Assembly: GCA_031459385.1 (NCBI GenBank)
Contig: JAVKIP010000010.1
Span: forward strand, 36,120 to 100,119
Length of the DNA: 64,000 nucleotides
DNA from: Candidatus Fervidifonticultor secundus
GTDB lineage: Bacteria; Sysuimicrobiota; Sysuimicrobiia; Sysuimicrobiales; Humicultoraceae
Direction of reading: 5' to 3'
The position numbers and the translations under genes were made by a program. The number at the start of each line of letters is the position of its first letter. Positions within the stretch are counted from its first letter, which is position 1. Below the pieces are notes generated by a model. The model was not told the origin of the DNA. It did not search any database and saw nothing but the letters and a program-made list of their open reading frames with translations. This document shows positions 1 to 10,023 of the stretch, in pieces.

Positions 1-1261
1 AGGGCTCTTTCCACACCCGCTGCTTCCACGCCGCGCTGGGAACGAGGCCGGCCGCCTCGGCGGGCAGATCGATCCCGGTCGGCTGGCCCAGCCCCAGCAT
101 GGTGGCGTAGCGATACAGCCGCTCTTCACCCACGGCCCGGCCGAGGGTCCAGAACATCACGTTGCACGAGACCGCGGTGCCTCGAATGAAGTTCACGGTG
201 CCATACGCCGCAAGGTCGCGGAAGACCCACCCGCCGAGCCTCAGCGCGCCCGTGCAGTGGAACAGGCTGTCGCGCGTGGCCACGCCCTCTGCCAGCGCCG
301 CGAGGCCGGTGACGATCTTGAACACGGAGCCCGGCTCGTAGGTCCCCTCGGTCGCCCGGTTCAGCAGCGGCAGATGGCGGTCGGCGGTCAACCGGCGCCA
401 GGCAGGCGGGCTGATGCCGCCCGCGAAGAGCGCCGGGTCGTACGTCGGACGGCTGACCAGCACCAGGATCTCGCCGGTGCGCGGATCCATGGCGACGACC
501 ACGCCCGTGCGCGCTCCGAGCGCCTGCTCCGCCACCGCCTGCAGGTCGGCGTCGAGGGTCAGCACGAGCGACTGGCCCGGCCGTGCGGTCTCGCGGCTCA
601 GGACCCGCATCGGCCGCCCTGCCGCGTCCACCTCCACGCGCAGGCGGCCCGCTTCCCCGCGCAGCACCGCGTCGTACGTGCGCTCGATACCGGTCTTGCC
701 GATGAGATCCCCGGCACGATAGCCGGGCCGCGTGCGCAATTCGTCTTCGGCGATCTCGCCCAGATAGCCGAAGACGTGGGCTCCGTAGGTGCCTAGCAGG
801 TAGTCGCGGACCGGCTCGGCCTGCACCACGACACCCGGCAGGTCCAGGCGCTGTTCCTCCACGGTGATCACCGCGGTCTTGTCGGCATCGCGCCGCAACG
901 GAACGGGCTCGAACGGGCGCCGGCGACCGGCGTCGATGCGCGCTGTGATGTCCTGCGGCTCGAGCCCGACCAGCGGCGCCAGCCGCTCGGCCAGACGCCC
1001 GGGCTCCTTGACCTCCATGGGCAGCACGCTGATGGTGAACGCCGCCCGATTGGTCACCAGGGGGCGGCCTTTGCGGTCGTAGAGCACGCCCCGCGGAGCC
1101 GGCACCACGTAGTCGCGCAACCGGTTCTGCTCCGACAGGCGCAGGTACATCGGCCCCTGGAGGGCCTGCATCACCCACAGACGGCCCTCGATGAGCACCA
1201 GGAGCGCCAGGAGCGCGGCACCCAGGCGGACGACGCGCTGGCTCCACAGCGGCGGGGTCAT
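1..1261 (-). CDS. mrdA: Penicillin-binding protein 2 (class B PBP), 3' end runs off the window
   Basis: Manual translation from ATG at 1261: MTPPLWSQRVVRLG...LSEQNRLR...APRGVLYDRKG...YEPGSVFKIV (SxxK)...SCNVMFW (SxN). ATGA overlap with the mreD stop. Confidence 0.92.
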   Translation of the reverse strand, partial: MTPPLWSQRVVRLGAALLALLVLIEGRLWVMQALQGPMYLRLSEQNRLRDYVVPAPRGVLYDRKGRPLVTNRAAFTISVLPMEVKEPGRLAERLAPLVGLEPQDITARIDAGRRRPFEPVPLRRDADKTAVITVEEQRLDLPGVVVQAEPVRDYLLGTYGAHVFGYLGEIAEDELRTRPGYRAGDLIGKTGIERTYDAVLRGEAGRLRVEVDAAGRPMRVLSRETARPGQSLVLTLDADLQAVAEQALGARTGVVVAMDPRTGEILVLVSRPTYDPALFAGGISPPAWRRLTADRHLPLLNRATEGTYEPGSVFKIVTGLAALAEGVATRDSLFHCTGALRLGGWVFRDLAAYGTVNFIRGTAVSCNVMFWTLGRAVGEERLYRYATMLGLGQPTGIDLPAEAAGLVPSAAWKQRVWKEP

Positions 1262-1782
1262 CGCACCCCCCGGAAGGGCAGCGCCCGCGCCGGGTAGGAC
1301 CGCCGGCCCGCGCGCTCGGCCCACCTGAGCAGTGTGTCCACCGGCCGCGCAAGCAGGGCGTTCACCGCGGCACCCGCGGTGAGCTGCCAGCCTATCTGCG
1401 GCCACGGCGCCGGGCCCAGGCCGGCCAGCAACAGGATTCCGGTGCCCACTGCCGTCACCAGCAGCGTTGCGGCCACGGCGGTCACCACCGGCCCGGTGGG
1501 CTGATCGTAGTCCAGGCTCGCCATGACCGCGCCAGCCGCGGTACCCACCACGAGGTAGGCGAGCATATACACCCCCAGCGGGCTGCCGGCCACGAGGTCA
1601 CGCAGGTAGCCGGCCACCGCGCCCGCCAGCGCGCCCTGGACGACGCCCTGGCGGACGCCGGTGGTGACGACGAGCAGCAGCAGCACGTCTGGTGGCGCCG
1701 GCAGCGGGAGCCGCGAGAGCCACGCGCCGTCGATCGCCGCAGCCAGCGCCAGCAGCACGCCGAGCAGCAGGGGCCGCCGCAT
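1258..1782 (-). CDS. mreD: Rod shape-determining protein MreD
   Basis: Hydrophobic protein (PDVLLLLVV...GYLRDL...PLGVY) between mreC and mrdA. Start may instead be GTG at 1791. Confidence 0.85.
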   Translation of the reverse strand: MRRPLLLGVLLALAAAIDGAWLSRLPLPAPPDVLLLLVVTTGVRQGVVQGALAGAVAGYLRDLVAGSPLGVYMLAYLVVGTAAGAVMASLDYDQPTGPVVTAVAATLLVTAVGTGILLLAGLGPAPWPQIGWQLTAGAAVNALLARPVDTLLRWAERAGRRSYPARALPFRGVR

Positions 1783-1787
1783 CGCCG

Positions 1788-2648
1788 TCACCGGTCGGCG
1801 CCGCCCTCGATGAGGATCAGCACCTCCTCTAGGTGGTCGAGGCTGACCGCCGGCCGGATCAGGGCCTCCTGGTAGAGCGCGGCCTGCTCGCGGATCACGG
1901 AGACGACCGTCCCCACCGGGATGCCGCGCGGGAAGAGCCCGGTGTGCCCCGAGGTCACGACGGCCTCGCCCAGGGGAATCTCCCGTGCCCGGGAGATGTA
2001 CTTGAGCCGGAGCAGGCCCTGCCCCTGTCCCTCGACGACGCCGGCCTCCCGCGACTGCTGCAGGACCGCGCCGACGGCGCTGCGCGGATCGGAGACGAGC
2101 AGCACCTGCGCGGTGCTGGCCGTCACGGTCAGCACCCGGCCCACGAGCCCCTCGGCCGCCACCACCGGGTCGTTGCGGCGCACGCCGTCGCGCAACCCGC
2201 GGTCGACGAGGACGACGGAGAACCACGCACGGCTGTCCCGGCCGATCACGCGCGCGCCCAGCGCCCGCCCGGGCAGCTGCTGCCGGAACGCCAGGAGGCG
2301 CTCGAGCCGTTGCGTCGCCTGCGCCTGCTCGCGCAGCCGGCCCATCTCGCCCGAGAGGCGCTCGACCTCCTCGCGCAGCCGGGTGTTCTCGGCCCGCAGG
2401 CGACCGATCTCGGTGTAGAGGCGCCAGAACCGTACTACGGCGTCGGCGCCGCGCGCCAGCACGCCCTGCGCTGGCGCCAGCACGCCCAGGACCAGCGTGC
2501 TCAGCGGCCCGACGGCCCGTCGGTCGGGGCGGCGCACCTGGGAGGTGACGAGCACCATCGCCGCCAGGAGCAGGGCGGCCACGACGAGCCAGCGCCGCCG
2601 CACATCGGACGCGCGCGTCAGGACCGTGCGGTGAACTGTCGATGCCAC
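1788..2648 (-). CDS. mreC: Rod shape-determining protein MreC
   Basis: N-terminal TM, coiled coil (LRAENTRLREE), GLVGRV, VVTSG..FPRGIPVG. Start approximate (2648 follows GGAGG; ORF open to 2660). Confidence 0.93.
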   Translation of the reverse strand: MASTVHRTVLTRASDVRRRWLVVAALLLAAMVLVTSQVRRPDRRAVGPLSTLVLGVLAPAQGVLARGADAVVRFWRLYTEIGRLRAENTRLREEVERLSGEMGRLREQAQATQRLERLLAFRQQLPGRALGARVIGRDSRAWFSVVLVDRGLRDGVRRNDPVVAAEGLVGRVLTVTASTAQVLLVSDPRSAVGAVLQQSREAGVVEGQGQGLLRLKYISRAREIPLGEAVVTSGHTGLFPRGIPVGTVVSVIREQAALYQEALIRPAVSLDHLEEVLILIEGGADR

Positions 2649-2679
2649 CCGTGCCTCCACCGCGCCTCGTGCTGCTAGC

Positions 2680-3714
2680 TCACGAGCGCTTGGACGTGAT
2701 CAGCACTTTCTTGAGGACCTCGATCTCCTCCAGCGCCCGGCCCGTGCCCATCACCACCGCGGCCAGGGGATCCTCGGTGACCGTGACGGGCATACCCGTC
2801 TCCTCTGCCAGGAGGCGGTCCATCCCGCGCAGCAGCGACCCGCCGCCCGCCATGACGATGCCCCGCTCGAAGATGTCGGCGGCCAGTTCGGGCGGGGTGC
2901 GCTCCAGCGTCTGCTTGACGGCGTCGACGATCTGCTGCACGGGCTCCGCCATGGCCTCGCGGATCTCCGCGCTGGTCAGGCGCACGGTGCGGGGCAGGCC
3001 CGAGACGAGGTCGCGCCCGCGGATGTCCACGGCACGCTCGTCGCGGTCGGGGAACGCGGAGCCGATGGCGATCTTGATCTCTTCCGCCGACCGCTCGCCG
3101 ATGAGCAGGTTGTACGCGCGGCGCGCGTACTGGATGATCGCCTCGTCCATCTCGTCCCCGCCGACCCGGATCGAGCGGCTGGTGACGATCCCGCCCAGGG
3201 CAATCACCGCCACCTCCGTGGTCCCCCCGCCGATGTCGACGACCATGCTGCCCACGGGCTCGGACACCGGCAGGCCCGCGCCGATGGCGGCAGCCATGGG
3301 CTCCTCGATCAGGTACGCGTCGCGGGCACCGGCCTGGATCGTGGCGTCGATCACCGCGCGCTTCTCCACTTCGGTGCAGCCGGAAGGGATTCCGACCACG
3401 ACCCGGGGCCGAATCCACATGCGGCCGTTGGCCGCGCGCCGGATGAAGTAGGACAGCATCGCCGCGGTGGTATCGAAGTCGGCGATGACGCCGTCGCGCA
3501 GCGGCCGGGTGGCCACGATGTCCCCGGGCGTCCGGCCGAGCATGCGCTTGGCCTCCTCGCCCACGGCCAGCACCTGGCCGTCGTCGACCCGCTTGGCCAC
3601 CACCGACGGCTCGCGGAGGACGATCCCCTGACGCCGCACGTAGACCAGGGTGTTGGCCGTCCCCAGGTCCACGCCCATGTCCCGCCCGAACCTGCCCAGC
3701 AACGCGTCCAGCAT
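2680..3714 (-). CDS. mreB: Rod shape-determining actin-like protein MreB
   Basis: [32 protein letters not shown] motifs. Confidence 0.98.
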   Translation of the reverse strand: MLDALLGRFGRDMGVDLGTANTLVYVRRQGIVLREPSVVAKRVDDGQVLAVGEEAKRMLGRTPGDIVATRPLRDGVIADFDTTAAMLSYFIRRAANGRMWIRPRVVVGIPSGCTEVEKRAVIDATIQAGARDAYLIEEPMAAAIGAGLPVSEPVGSMVVDIGGGTTEVAVIALGGIVTSRSIRVGGDEMDEAIIQYARRAYNLLIGERSAEEIKIAIGSAFPDRDERAVDIRGRDLVSGLPRTVRLTSAEIREAMAEPVQQIVDAVKQTLERTPPELAADIFERGIVMAGGGSLLRGMDRLLAEETGMPVTVTEDPLAAVVMGTGRALEEIEVLKKVLITSKRS

Positions 3715-3771
3715 CCCCTCCGCCTCCTGGCGGGTCGAACCGGCCCGACGCCGGCTCCCCGGCCCCTGACT

Positions 3772-4479
3772 TCAGCGTACCCAACTCTCCCCGCCGAGCG
3801 CCCCACGTTCGCGCAGGCTCACGAAGCGCCCGTCGCCGATGATGACGTGGTCGAGCACCTCGATGCCTACCACCCGACCCGCCTGCTGCAGCCTGGCCGT
3901 GATGCGCAGGTCGTCGGCGCTCGGTTCCGGCTCCCCCGAGGGGTGATTGTGGACCAGGATCACGGCCGCCGCGCTGCGCCGGATCGCTTCCTTGAACACC
4001 TCCCGCGGGTGGATCGGGGCGGCATCGAGTCCCCCGACCGCCACCGCGGCCACCTCCAGCACCTCGTGGCGCGTGTTCAGGAGTATCGCCCGGAAGTGCT
4101 CGCGGTCCAGGTGACGCATCTGCGGACCTATCAACGCTGCCACGTCGCTGGGCGCCCGGATCGCCGGCCGCCGCGCCGGCGGGGCCGCGTGGAGGCGGCG
4201 GCCCAGCTCGAACGCCGCCAGCAGCCTGCAGGCGCGGGAGACGCCGATCCCGCTCTGCCTGGCCAGCTCCTCGGGCCGGGCCTGGCTGAGGGTCTCAAGC
4301 GACCCAAACGCACCCAGTAATGCCCCTGCCAGTTCTGCGGCGCTGGCGGCGCGGGTGCCGGTGCCCAGCAGCACCGCCAGCAACTCCGTGGCGGAGAGGC
4401 TGCCGGGGCCGGCGGAGAGCAGACGCTCCCGGGGCCGGTCTTCTGGCGGTAGCACCTTGACCGACACGCGATGCCCCAC
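3772..4479 (-). CDS. radC: RadC/JAB-domain protein
   Basis: PRERLL..G..LS..ELLA, HPREVFKEAI, HNHPSG..EPS..D, DHVIIG. Start estimated. Confidence 0.93.
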   Translation of the reverse strand: MGHRVSVKVLPPEDRPRERLLSAGPGSLSATELLAVLLGTGTRAASAAELAGALLGAFGSLETLSQARPEELARQSGIGVSRACRLLAAFELGRRLHAAPPARRPAIRAPSDVAALIGPQMRHLDREHFRAILLNTRHEVLEVAAVAVGGLDAAPIHPREVFKEAIRRSAAAVILVHNHPSGEPEPSADDLRITARLQQAGRVVGIEVLDHVIIGDGRFVSLRERGALGGESWVR

Positions 4480-4552
4480 GGACTCGCTCCAGACCTGGCG
4501 CGCTGGGGAAGGCGCAGGCGACCGCGCCGGGCCTGGGGAGCGCGGGGCGGTG

Positions 4553-5194
4553 CTACAGCGGAGGGACGCCTGCCGCGTCGAGCAGGCGTCCCAGCAGCGC
4601 CAGCGGGAGCCCGACAACGCCGAAGTAGTCTCCCTCCAACCGCTCCACGAACAGTGCCGCCCGGCCCTGAATTCCGTACGCCCCCGCTTTATCCATCGGT
4701 TCGCCGGTGGCGATATAGCGGAGGATCTCCTGCCGGCGCAGCGGCCGGAAGCATACCCGCGTCGCGGACGCGTCCACGAGCCAGGTGCCCTGGCGCGTGT
4801 GCGCCACGACCACAGCGGTTGTCACGTCGTGGGCGCGCCCGGAGAGCCGGCCGAGCATCTCCGCCGCCTCATCCGGCGAACGGGGCTTCCCCAGCACCAC
4901 CCCGTCGACGGCCACCATGGTATCGGCGGCGACGACGACCGCGTCCGGCCGCACTGCCGCGGCCAGGCGCGCCTTGTCCTCCGCGCGCCGCTGCGCCTGC
5001 GCCCGCACGGCCTCTGGGGTCCACTCCCCGCCGTCCGGACGGCCGGCGATCGTCCCCCACACCTCAACCTCGGTCCCGCCGGTCCACACCTCGAACGAAA
5101 GGCCGATCTGTCGCAGCAGGTCGGCCCGCCGCGGAGAGGCAGAGGCCAAGACCACCGCAGGCACTCCGCCGCGCACAGGAGCAGACTCGTTCAC
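4553..5194 (-). CDS. maf: Maf/YhdE nucleoside triphosphate pyrophosphatase
   Basis: LASASPRR, ADT, LGKP, DKAGAYGIQG, VVGLP. Start estimated. Confidence 0.95.
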   Translation of the reverse strand: MNESAPVRGGVPAVVLASASPRRADLLRQIGLSFEVWTGGTEVEVWGTIAGRPDGGEWTPEAVRAQAQRRAEDKARLAAAVRPDAVVVAADTMVAVDGVVLGKPRSPDEAAEMLGRLSGRAHDVTTAVVVAHTRQGTWLVDASATRVCFRPLRRQEILRYIATGEPMDKAGAYGIQGRAALFVERLEGDYFGVVGLPLALLGRLLDAAGVPPL

Positions 5195-5226
5195 GCCAGC
5201 GCCAGTATACCGCCGGCTGTGTGCGC

Positions 5227-5487
5227 CTACAACAAGCGGTAGATCCAGACCGCGACGATGACCCCGAGCACCATGGCTAGGTTCAGGCGCACGACGCCCC
5301 CCAGCGTCATCTGTACCATGCGGAGGTTCACCGTGAAGGGTGGATCGATTCCGACGCGCACCTCGCGGGCCAGGAAGCCCAGGACGGGATAGCCTGCCAC
5401 GGCTTCCGCCATGACGCTGCCCAGCAGCCCGCCGAAGAAGAGGATCACGATGAGCACCCACCAGGGGTTGCGGACGCGCCGGGCCAC
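5227..5487 (-). CDS. Small membrane protein, DUF4321-like
   Basis: 86 aa, two hydrophobic segments, GIDPPFTVNL motif, immediately upstream of maf. Confidence 0.7.
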   Translation of the reverse strand: MARRVRNPWWVLIVILFFGGLLGSVMAEAVAGYPVLGFLAREVRVGIDPPFTVNLRMVQMTLGGVVRLNLAMVLGVIVAVWIYRLL

Positions 5488-5529
5488 CCATCACCTCCGC
5501 CGACGGCCGGCACGACCGGTCACGGCAGG

Positions 5530-6264
5530 CTACTCGAGCAGCGCCTGCACCGCTGGCGCCCCGCGAGGCGCCACGAGCCGTGCCAGCCAGATGCTGACCT
5601 CGTAGAGCAGGTAGGTGGGCACTGCCATCAGCAGCTGCGAGACCACGTCAGTCCCGGGGGTGAGCAGCGCGGACGCCACCACGATGGCCAGCAACGCGTA
5701 GCGGCGGCCTCCCGCCAGCGCTGCTGGGCTTACCAGGCCCAGCCGGGCCAGGAACACGATGACGACAGGCATCTGGAAGACGACGCCGAACGCCACGATG
5801 AAGGCCATCATGAACGACAGGGCGGGGCCGATGGTGAGCAGGGGCTGCAGCGTGGCCGTCTGGTAGCTCAGCAGCACGCGCGCGGCCACCGGCATGATGA
5901 CGAACAGCCCGAACGCAGCCCCGAGTACGAAAAGCACCAGCGACGGCGGCAGCAGGCTCATCACGACCTTGCGCTCGCTGTGGGTGAGCCCCACAGCCAC
6001 GAACATCCACAGCTGGTAGAGGATGACCGGCAGGCCGAGGAAGACCCCGATGAGCAGGGCGATCTTCAACCGGATGAACAGGGCCTCAGGAGGTGCCGTG
6101 AAGTAGACCTGGTTGACCTGGAGCTGGCGCAGCAGGAAGTCCAGCACGCGGTCGACGAACGCCCAGCCCAGCACCGTACCGACTCCCAGCGCCCCAAACG
6201 CCTTGAGGAGCCGCGAGCGCAGCTCCTCCAGGTGTTCCACGATGGTCATCGGGCGGTCTTCCAT
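5530..6264 (-). CDS. tatC: Twin-arginine translocase subunit TatC
   Basis: MTIVEHLEELRSRL, YQLWMFV..GL..E, FQMP, LTPG.D..SQ...LYE. Confidence 0.95.
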   Translation of the reverse strand: MEDRPMTIVEHLEELRSRLLKAFGALGVGTVLGWAFVDRVLDFLLRQLQVNQVYFTAPPEALFIRLKIALLIGVFLGLPVILYQLWMFVAVGLTHSERKVVMSLLPPSLVLFVLGAAFGLFVIMPVAARVLLSYQTATLQPLLTIGPALSFMMAFIVAFGVVFQMPVVIVFLARLGLVSPAALAGGRRYALLAIVVASALLTPGTDVVSQLLMAVPTYLLYEVSIWLARLVAPRGAPAVQALLE

Positions 6265-6322
6265 GCCCACCTGCGTGCCACGGCGTGCGCGGCCACGAGC
6301 CGCGCACGCCCCGCGCTGCGGC

Positions 6323-6526
6323 TCAGGCGCCGGGCTTGGTCGGCTGCGACTCCTTCTCGTCGTCCTCGCTCAGGGCCTTGCGGAACTCCTTGATGGTCTT
6401 CCCGGCCGCCGCGCCCAGCCCGGCCAGGCGGCTGGCCCCGAACAGCAGCAGCAGAATCAGCAGGATCACCAGCAGCTCCATGGGGCCGACGTTGCCGATC
6501 ACTGCGGGCGCCACATGTGGGTTCAT
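6323..6526 (-). CDS. tatA: Twin-arginine translocase subunit TatA/E
   Basis: [21 protein letters not shown]...[17 protein letters not shown]. Confidence 0.93.
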   Translation of the reverse strand: MNPHVAPAVIGNVGPMELLVILLILLLLFGASRLAGLGAAAGKTIKEFRKALSEDDEKESQPTKPGA

Positions 6527-6547
6527 CGTCGTCTCCCTCCGGTGCCC

Positions 6548-6553
6548 ATTATA
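6548..6553 (-). promoter_or_regulatory. Putative sigma70 -10 element (TATAAT) for tatAC
   Basis: Perfect TATAAT on the minus strand about 20 nt upstream of the tatA ATG, in very GC-rich DNA. Confidence 0.55.
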
Positions 6554-6815
6554 GACCTGGAGTCCCGCGGGGGCCACCGGCGGTCCGCGGGGCGCTAGCG
6601 GCGCGCCTCAGGCGCAGCAGGCGTGCCAGGGTACCCGCCGCGCGCGCGAGGCGGCCGAGGTTGGCCTGCGCCGGCAGGCTGCGCGCCCGGTGTCGCAACT
6701 CGTCGACGCCGGCCTCGATGCGCGCGTGCAGCAGGGCGATCTCGGCAGCGATCTCGGCCAGCGAGCGCCCGTCTGCCGGCGTCAGCTTTCGCGGTGAAAG
6801 AGGTTCCTCAGCCAC
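6549..6815 (-). CDS. Hypothetical protein, DUF3618-like
   Basis: [24 protein letters not shown] amphipathic helix; overlaps the holin-like gene. Confidence 0.5.
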   Translation of the reverse strand: MAEEPLSPRKLTPADGRSLAEIAAEIALLHARIEAGVDELRHRARSLPAQANLGRLARAAGTLARLLRLRRAASAPRTAGGPRGTPGL

Positions 6816-7174
6816 CGGACCTCCTCGCCGACCTGGGAGCTCCAGGCCGCTCGCCGCCGGCGCAGCCGCCGGAGGCTCAGCGCCACCAGCCCGGCGCTCG
6901 TCGCCAGCACCAGCACCAGCACGCCCAGCACGGCCAGCCAGGCGGGCAGCCAGAGGGTGAGCACCAGGATCAGCGCGGCCACCGCCAGGGCCGGCACCAG
7001 CGCGGCCAGCGCCAGAGCGGCTCCGGTCATCAGGCTCGCCATCGCGATGTCCCGGCGGGTAGCGCGCGCCTGCGCCCCGAGCGCGTCCCGGTAGGCCTGC
7101 AGGAGGCGGACGACGTCCGCCACCAGGCGGCGGACGACCTCGGCCGTAGGCTGGGGTTCGGGCGCGGTGGCCAT
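6782..7174 (-). CDS. Phage-holin-family (holin-X-like) two-TM membrane protein
   Basis: EVVRRLVADVVRLL, two TM helices with LPAWLA, C-terminal EEVRWL. Confidence 0.65.
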   Translation of the reverse strand: MATAPEPQPTAEVVRRLVADVVRLLQAYRDALGAQARATRRDIAMASLMTGAALALAALVPALAVAALILVLTLWLPAWLAVLGVLVLVLATSAGLVALSLRRLRRRRAAWSSQVGEEVRWLRNLFHRES

Positions 7175-7276
7175 GGGGCTAGTCTTCCGGGTACGGCGAG
7201 GGTTCTCCTCCGGCGCGCTGAAGGCGCGCGGGGGACGGCGCACGCCGTCCCCCGCGCGTCCGCCACCGGTGGCAGG

Positions 7277-7675
7277 TTACGGTACGACCTTCAGGTCGCC
7301 GACCATTTCGGTATGGTACGTGCACTGCATCTTGTACGTCCCTGGCCGGTCGATCTTGACCTTGAACCGGCTCTCCTGGCCGGCGTTCACGGCCACGTCG
7401 GAAGTGATGTCCCCGCCCGGGGCGCCCTGAATGACCAGGTTGTGCACGGTGGCACCCTGGTTGGGCACGACGAACTCGTACTCGGCGCCCGCCTTGATCT
7501 CGACGGTCGCCGGCTCGTACAGATTGTCCTTCATCACGATGGTGATCGTCCCGCCAGCTACCGGTGTCCCGGCGGTCGGCGCCGGCTGCGCCGGCTGCTG
7601 AGGTGCCCGGCCGCCACAACCCGCCGCCACTGCCGCGATCACGACCACGGCTGCCCACGCAAGTGCGGTCCGCAT
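7277..7675 (-). CDS. Cupredoxin (type 1 copper) lipoprotein
   Basis: Lipobox VAAGC; ligands HN ... CTYHTEM (C-x2-H-x2-M). Confidence 0.85.
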   Translation of the reverse strand: MRTALAWAAVVVIAAVAAGCGGRAPQQPAQPAPTAGTPVAGGTITIVMKDNLYEPATVEIKAGAEYEFVVPNQGATVHNLVIQGAPGGDITSDVAVNAGQESRFKVKIDRPGTYKMQCTYHTEMVGDLKVVP

Positions 7676-7841
7676 TCGTCGTCCCCTTTCGCTGGATTGT
7701 CGACCGGCGCGGTCTCTGACCCCGTGCGGCCACGTGCTAGGGTACAACCTTCGCGCGGGCGGGGCAAGGGCACGGCACCTGGCGATGGGGCACCGCCGCG
7801 CGCCGGGCCCGTGCGCGGGCGGAGCATCGGGTGGGCCGGAG

Positions 7842-9065
7842 CTAGCCAGCGGGCTCTAGCACTACCTTGACCGCACGCTGGCCGCGTTTGTCCAGCGCCA
7901 CGGCCAGCGCCTGGCGCGCCAGCCGCAGCGGGAAGCGGTGCGTGATGAGGGGGCGCAGATCCACGCGCCCGGCGGCCAGCAGGTCCATGGCGATATCGAT
8001 CGCGCGCAGGGTCCGCCCGTCGGTGCGCTCCGTGGCGTAGTACGACGTGCCGATCAGGCGGACCTCGCGCAAGAACAGCGGCGTCCAGTCCACCCCCCGT
8101 GGGCTCAGCGTGATGCCCACAGCCACCACCGCGCCGCCGGCCGCGGTCATGCGCAGGGCGTCGTCGAGCGCCCGGCCCGTGCCGGCACACTCCAGGGTCA
8201 CGTCGGCCCCGCCGGTGAGCAGCGGGCGCCCGAAGCGGGGTTGCAGCACCCGCGCGCCCACGAGCCCGGCGACGTCGCGGTAGAGGGTGTGGCCCCGCGA
8301 CGTCAGCACACGGTGCGCGCCCATCTGCTCGGCCAGCGCGGCCTGGTGCGCATACCGCGCCACGGCAACGATCCGCGCCGCGGGCCGCAGCGCCCGCAGC
8401 GCGGCGATCGCCGCGAGCCCCATGGCCCCGATGCCGATCACGAGCACCGTGCCCGCGCGGTCAGGCACGTGGCGGAGGACGGCGTGGACCGCGCACGCCA
8501 GCGGCTCGGCGAACAGCGCCTGCTCGTCGGTCAGCCCGTCGGGCACGGGCACGAGCTGCGACCGATGGGCGACCATCACCTCGCCCCACGACCCACCCAC
8601 GTCCCGGCAGAATCCCTGCCCGAACCCTGGCGGCAGGCGGCCTTCAGCGAACCGCTCGCAGAGGTTGTAGTCGCCGCGGCGACACGCCGGACACAGGTCG
8701 TGGAAGCCGCGCGGCACACAGGGCAGGAGCGGCTCGACCACCACCCGCTGCCCCACGGGCACGCTGGCTGCGGGCCCGGTGGCCGCCACCTCCCCGACGT
8801 TCTCGTGTCCGACCACGAACGGGAACGAGGCGTAGGCCGTGGCCGAGAGGCTCACGTCCTGGTGCACGAGATGGAGGTCGGACCCGCAGATGCCCGCCAG
8901 GCGCACCCGCACGGTCACCCAGTCGGGGCCCGGAAGCGCAGGCTCGGGCACCTCTGCCAGGCGCAGCGGGCTCAGGCGAACCAGCGCCGCGGGCGGCAGC
9001 CAGCGGCCCAGGGTGCGGGCAGCCACGAACCGCGGGACGCTGAGGCCCGCGACGACCGCCCTCAT
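7842..9065 (-). CDS. Zinc-dependent medium-chain dehydrogenase
   Basis: GICGSDLH, GHE, structural Zn Cys cluster, GIGAMG, LITHRFPL. Confidence 0.9.
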   Translation of the reverse strand: MRAVVAGLSVPRFVAARTLGRWLPPAALVRLSPLRLAEVPEPALPGPDWVTVRVRLAGICGSDLHLVHQDVSLSATAYASFPFVVGHENVGEVAATGPAASVPVGQRVVVEPLLPCVPRGFHDLCPACRRGDYNLCERFAEGRLPPGFGQGFCRDVGGSWGEVMVAHRSQLVPVPDGLTDEQALFAEPLACAVHAVLRHVPDRAGTVLVIGIGAMGLAAIAALRALRPAARIVAVARYAHQAALAEQMGAHRVLTSRGHTLYRDVAGLVGARVLQPRFGRPLLTGGADVTLECAGTGRALDDALRMTAAGGAVVAVGITLSPRGVDWTPLFLREVRLIGTSYYATERTDGRTLRAIDIAMDLLAAGRVDLRPLITHRFPLRLARQALAVALDKRGQRAVKVVLEPAG

Positions 9066-9078
9066 GCGGGTCCGGGCA

Positions 9079-10023
9079 TCATGCGCCCCCGGCGCGCTGC
9101 GCGACGGCCGCCTGGACGACGTTGCGCATCAAGACGACGTTCGTCACGGCACCCACGCCGCCAGGGACCGGCGTCACCGCCGCCGCCACGCGGCTCACCT
9201 CGGCGAAGGCCACGTCGCCCACGGTCTCACGGCGAGGCCGGCCGCGCTCGTCCAGCACTGGCCGACCGGCGGCATCGGTCATCGGCCGCACGTTGATGCC
9301 CACGTCCACGACCACGGCACCCGGGCGCACCATGTCACCGCGGATGAACTCGGCGCGGCCCGCGGCGACGATGAGGATCTCCGCGCGGCGCGTGTGGTCG
9401 GTCAGTCGGCCGGCCCGGGAGGTGAAGGAATGGACGGTGGTGGGCGTGGCGTGCCGCTCCAGCGCCAGGAAGTAGGCCGGGCGCCCCACGCTCGGGCTCC
9501 GGCCCACGATGACCAGGTCCTTGCCCGCGAACGCCGTTTTCGGGTCGAGCCCGCGGTCCGCGAAGTACCGCTCCAGCAGCACGAAGCACGCCAGCGGCGT
9601 CGCCGGGACCACTGCCGGCTGTCCCAGGGCCAGCCGGCCGGCGTTGAGGGGATGGAGCCCATCGACGTCTTTGGCCGGATCGAGGGCAAGGAGCACCGCC
9701 GCTTCGGGCAGGGCGGCCGGCATCGGCCGCAGGGGCAGGATGCCGTGGATCGACGGATCCGCAGCCAGCTCGCGCAGCACCGTCTGCACGCGGGCCAGTG
9801 ACGCGTCGGCGGGTAGCGTCACGTCGCGGTAGACGACGCCGACCTCGGCGGCGACCCGCTCGACCTGCCGCCGGTAGACCCGCGCACCCGGATCATCGCC
9901 CACCAGGACCGTGGCCACGGCGGGCGTCACTCCCCGCACGGCCAGCGCCTCGATCTCGGCCCGCAGCTCGGCCTTCAGCGCCTCGGCCACGGCCGCCCCG
10001 TCGATGATGTCAGCGGTCGTCAT
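9079..10023 (-). CDS. folD: Methylene-THF dehydrogenase/cyclohydrolase
   Basis: IIDG, KDVDGLHP.NAG, PATP, VGRS..VGRP, DVGIN, TPVPGGVG. Confidence 0.93.
   Translation of the reverse strand: MTTADIIDGAAVAEALKAELRAEIEALAVRGVTPAVATVLVGDDPGARVYRRQVERVAAEVGVVYRDVTLPADASLARVQTVLRELAADPSIHGILPLRPMPAALPEAAVLLALDPAKDVDGLHPLNAGRLALGQPAVVPATPLACFVLLERYFADRGLDPKTAFAGKDLVIVGRSPSVGRPAYFLALERHATPTTVHSFTSRAGRLTDHTRRAEILIVAAGRAEFIRGDMVRPGAVVVDVGINVRPMTDAAGRPVLDERGRPRRETVGDVAFAEVSRVAAAVTPVPGGVGAVTNVVLMRNVVQAAVAQRAGGA

Noticed and set aside
3772..4479. RadC/JAB as an anti-phage or mobile-element gene
   Set aside because: It is the full-length form in the standard maf-radC-mreBCD context.
6549..7174. Holin-like gene as a sign of a prophage
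   Set aside because: No integrase, capsid, terminase or lysin genes nearby; such two-TM proteins are common chromosomal genes.
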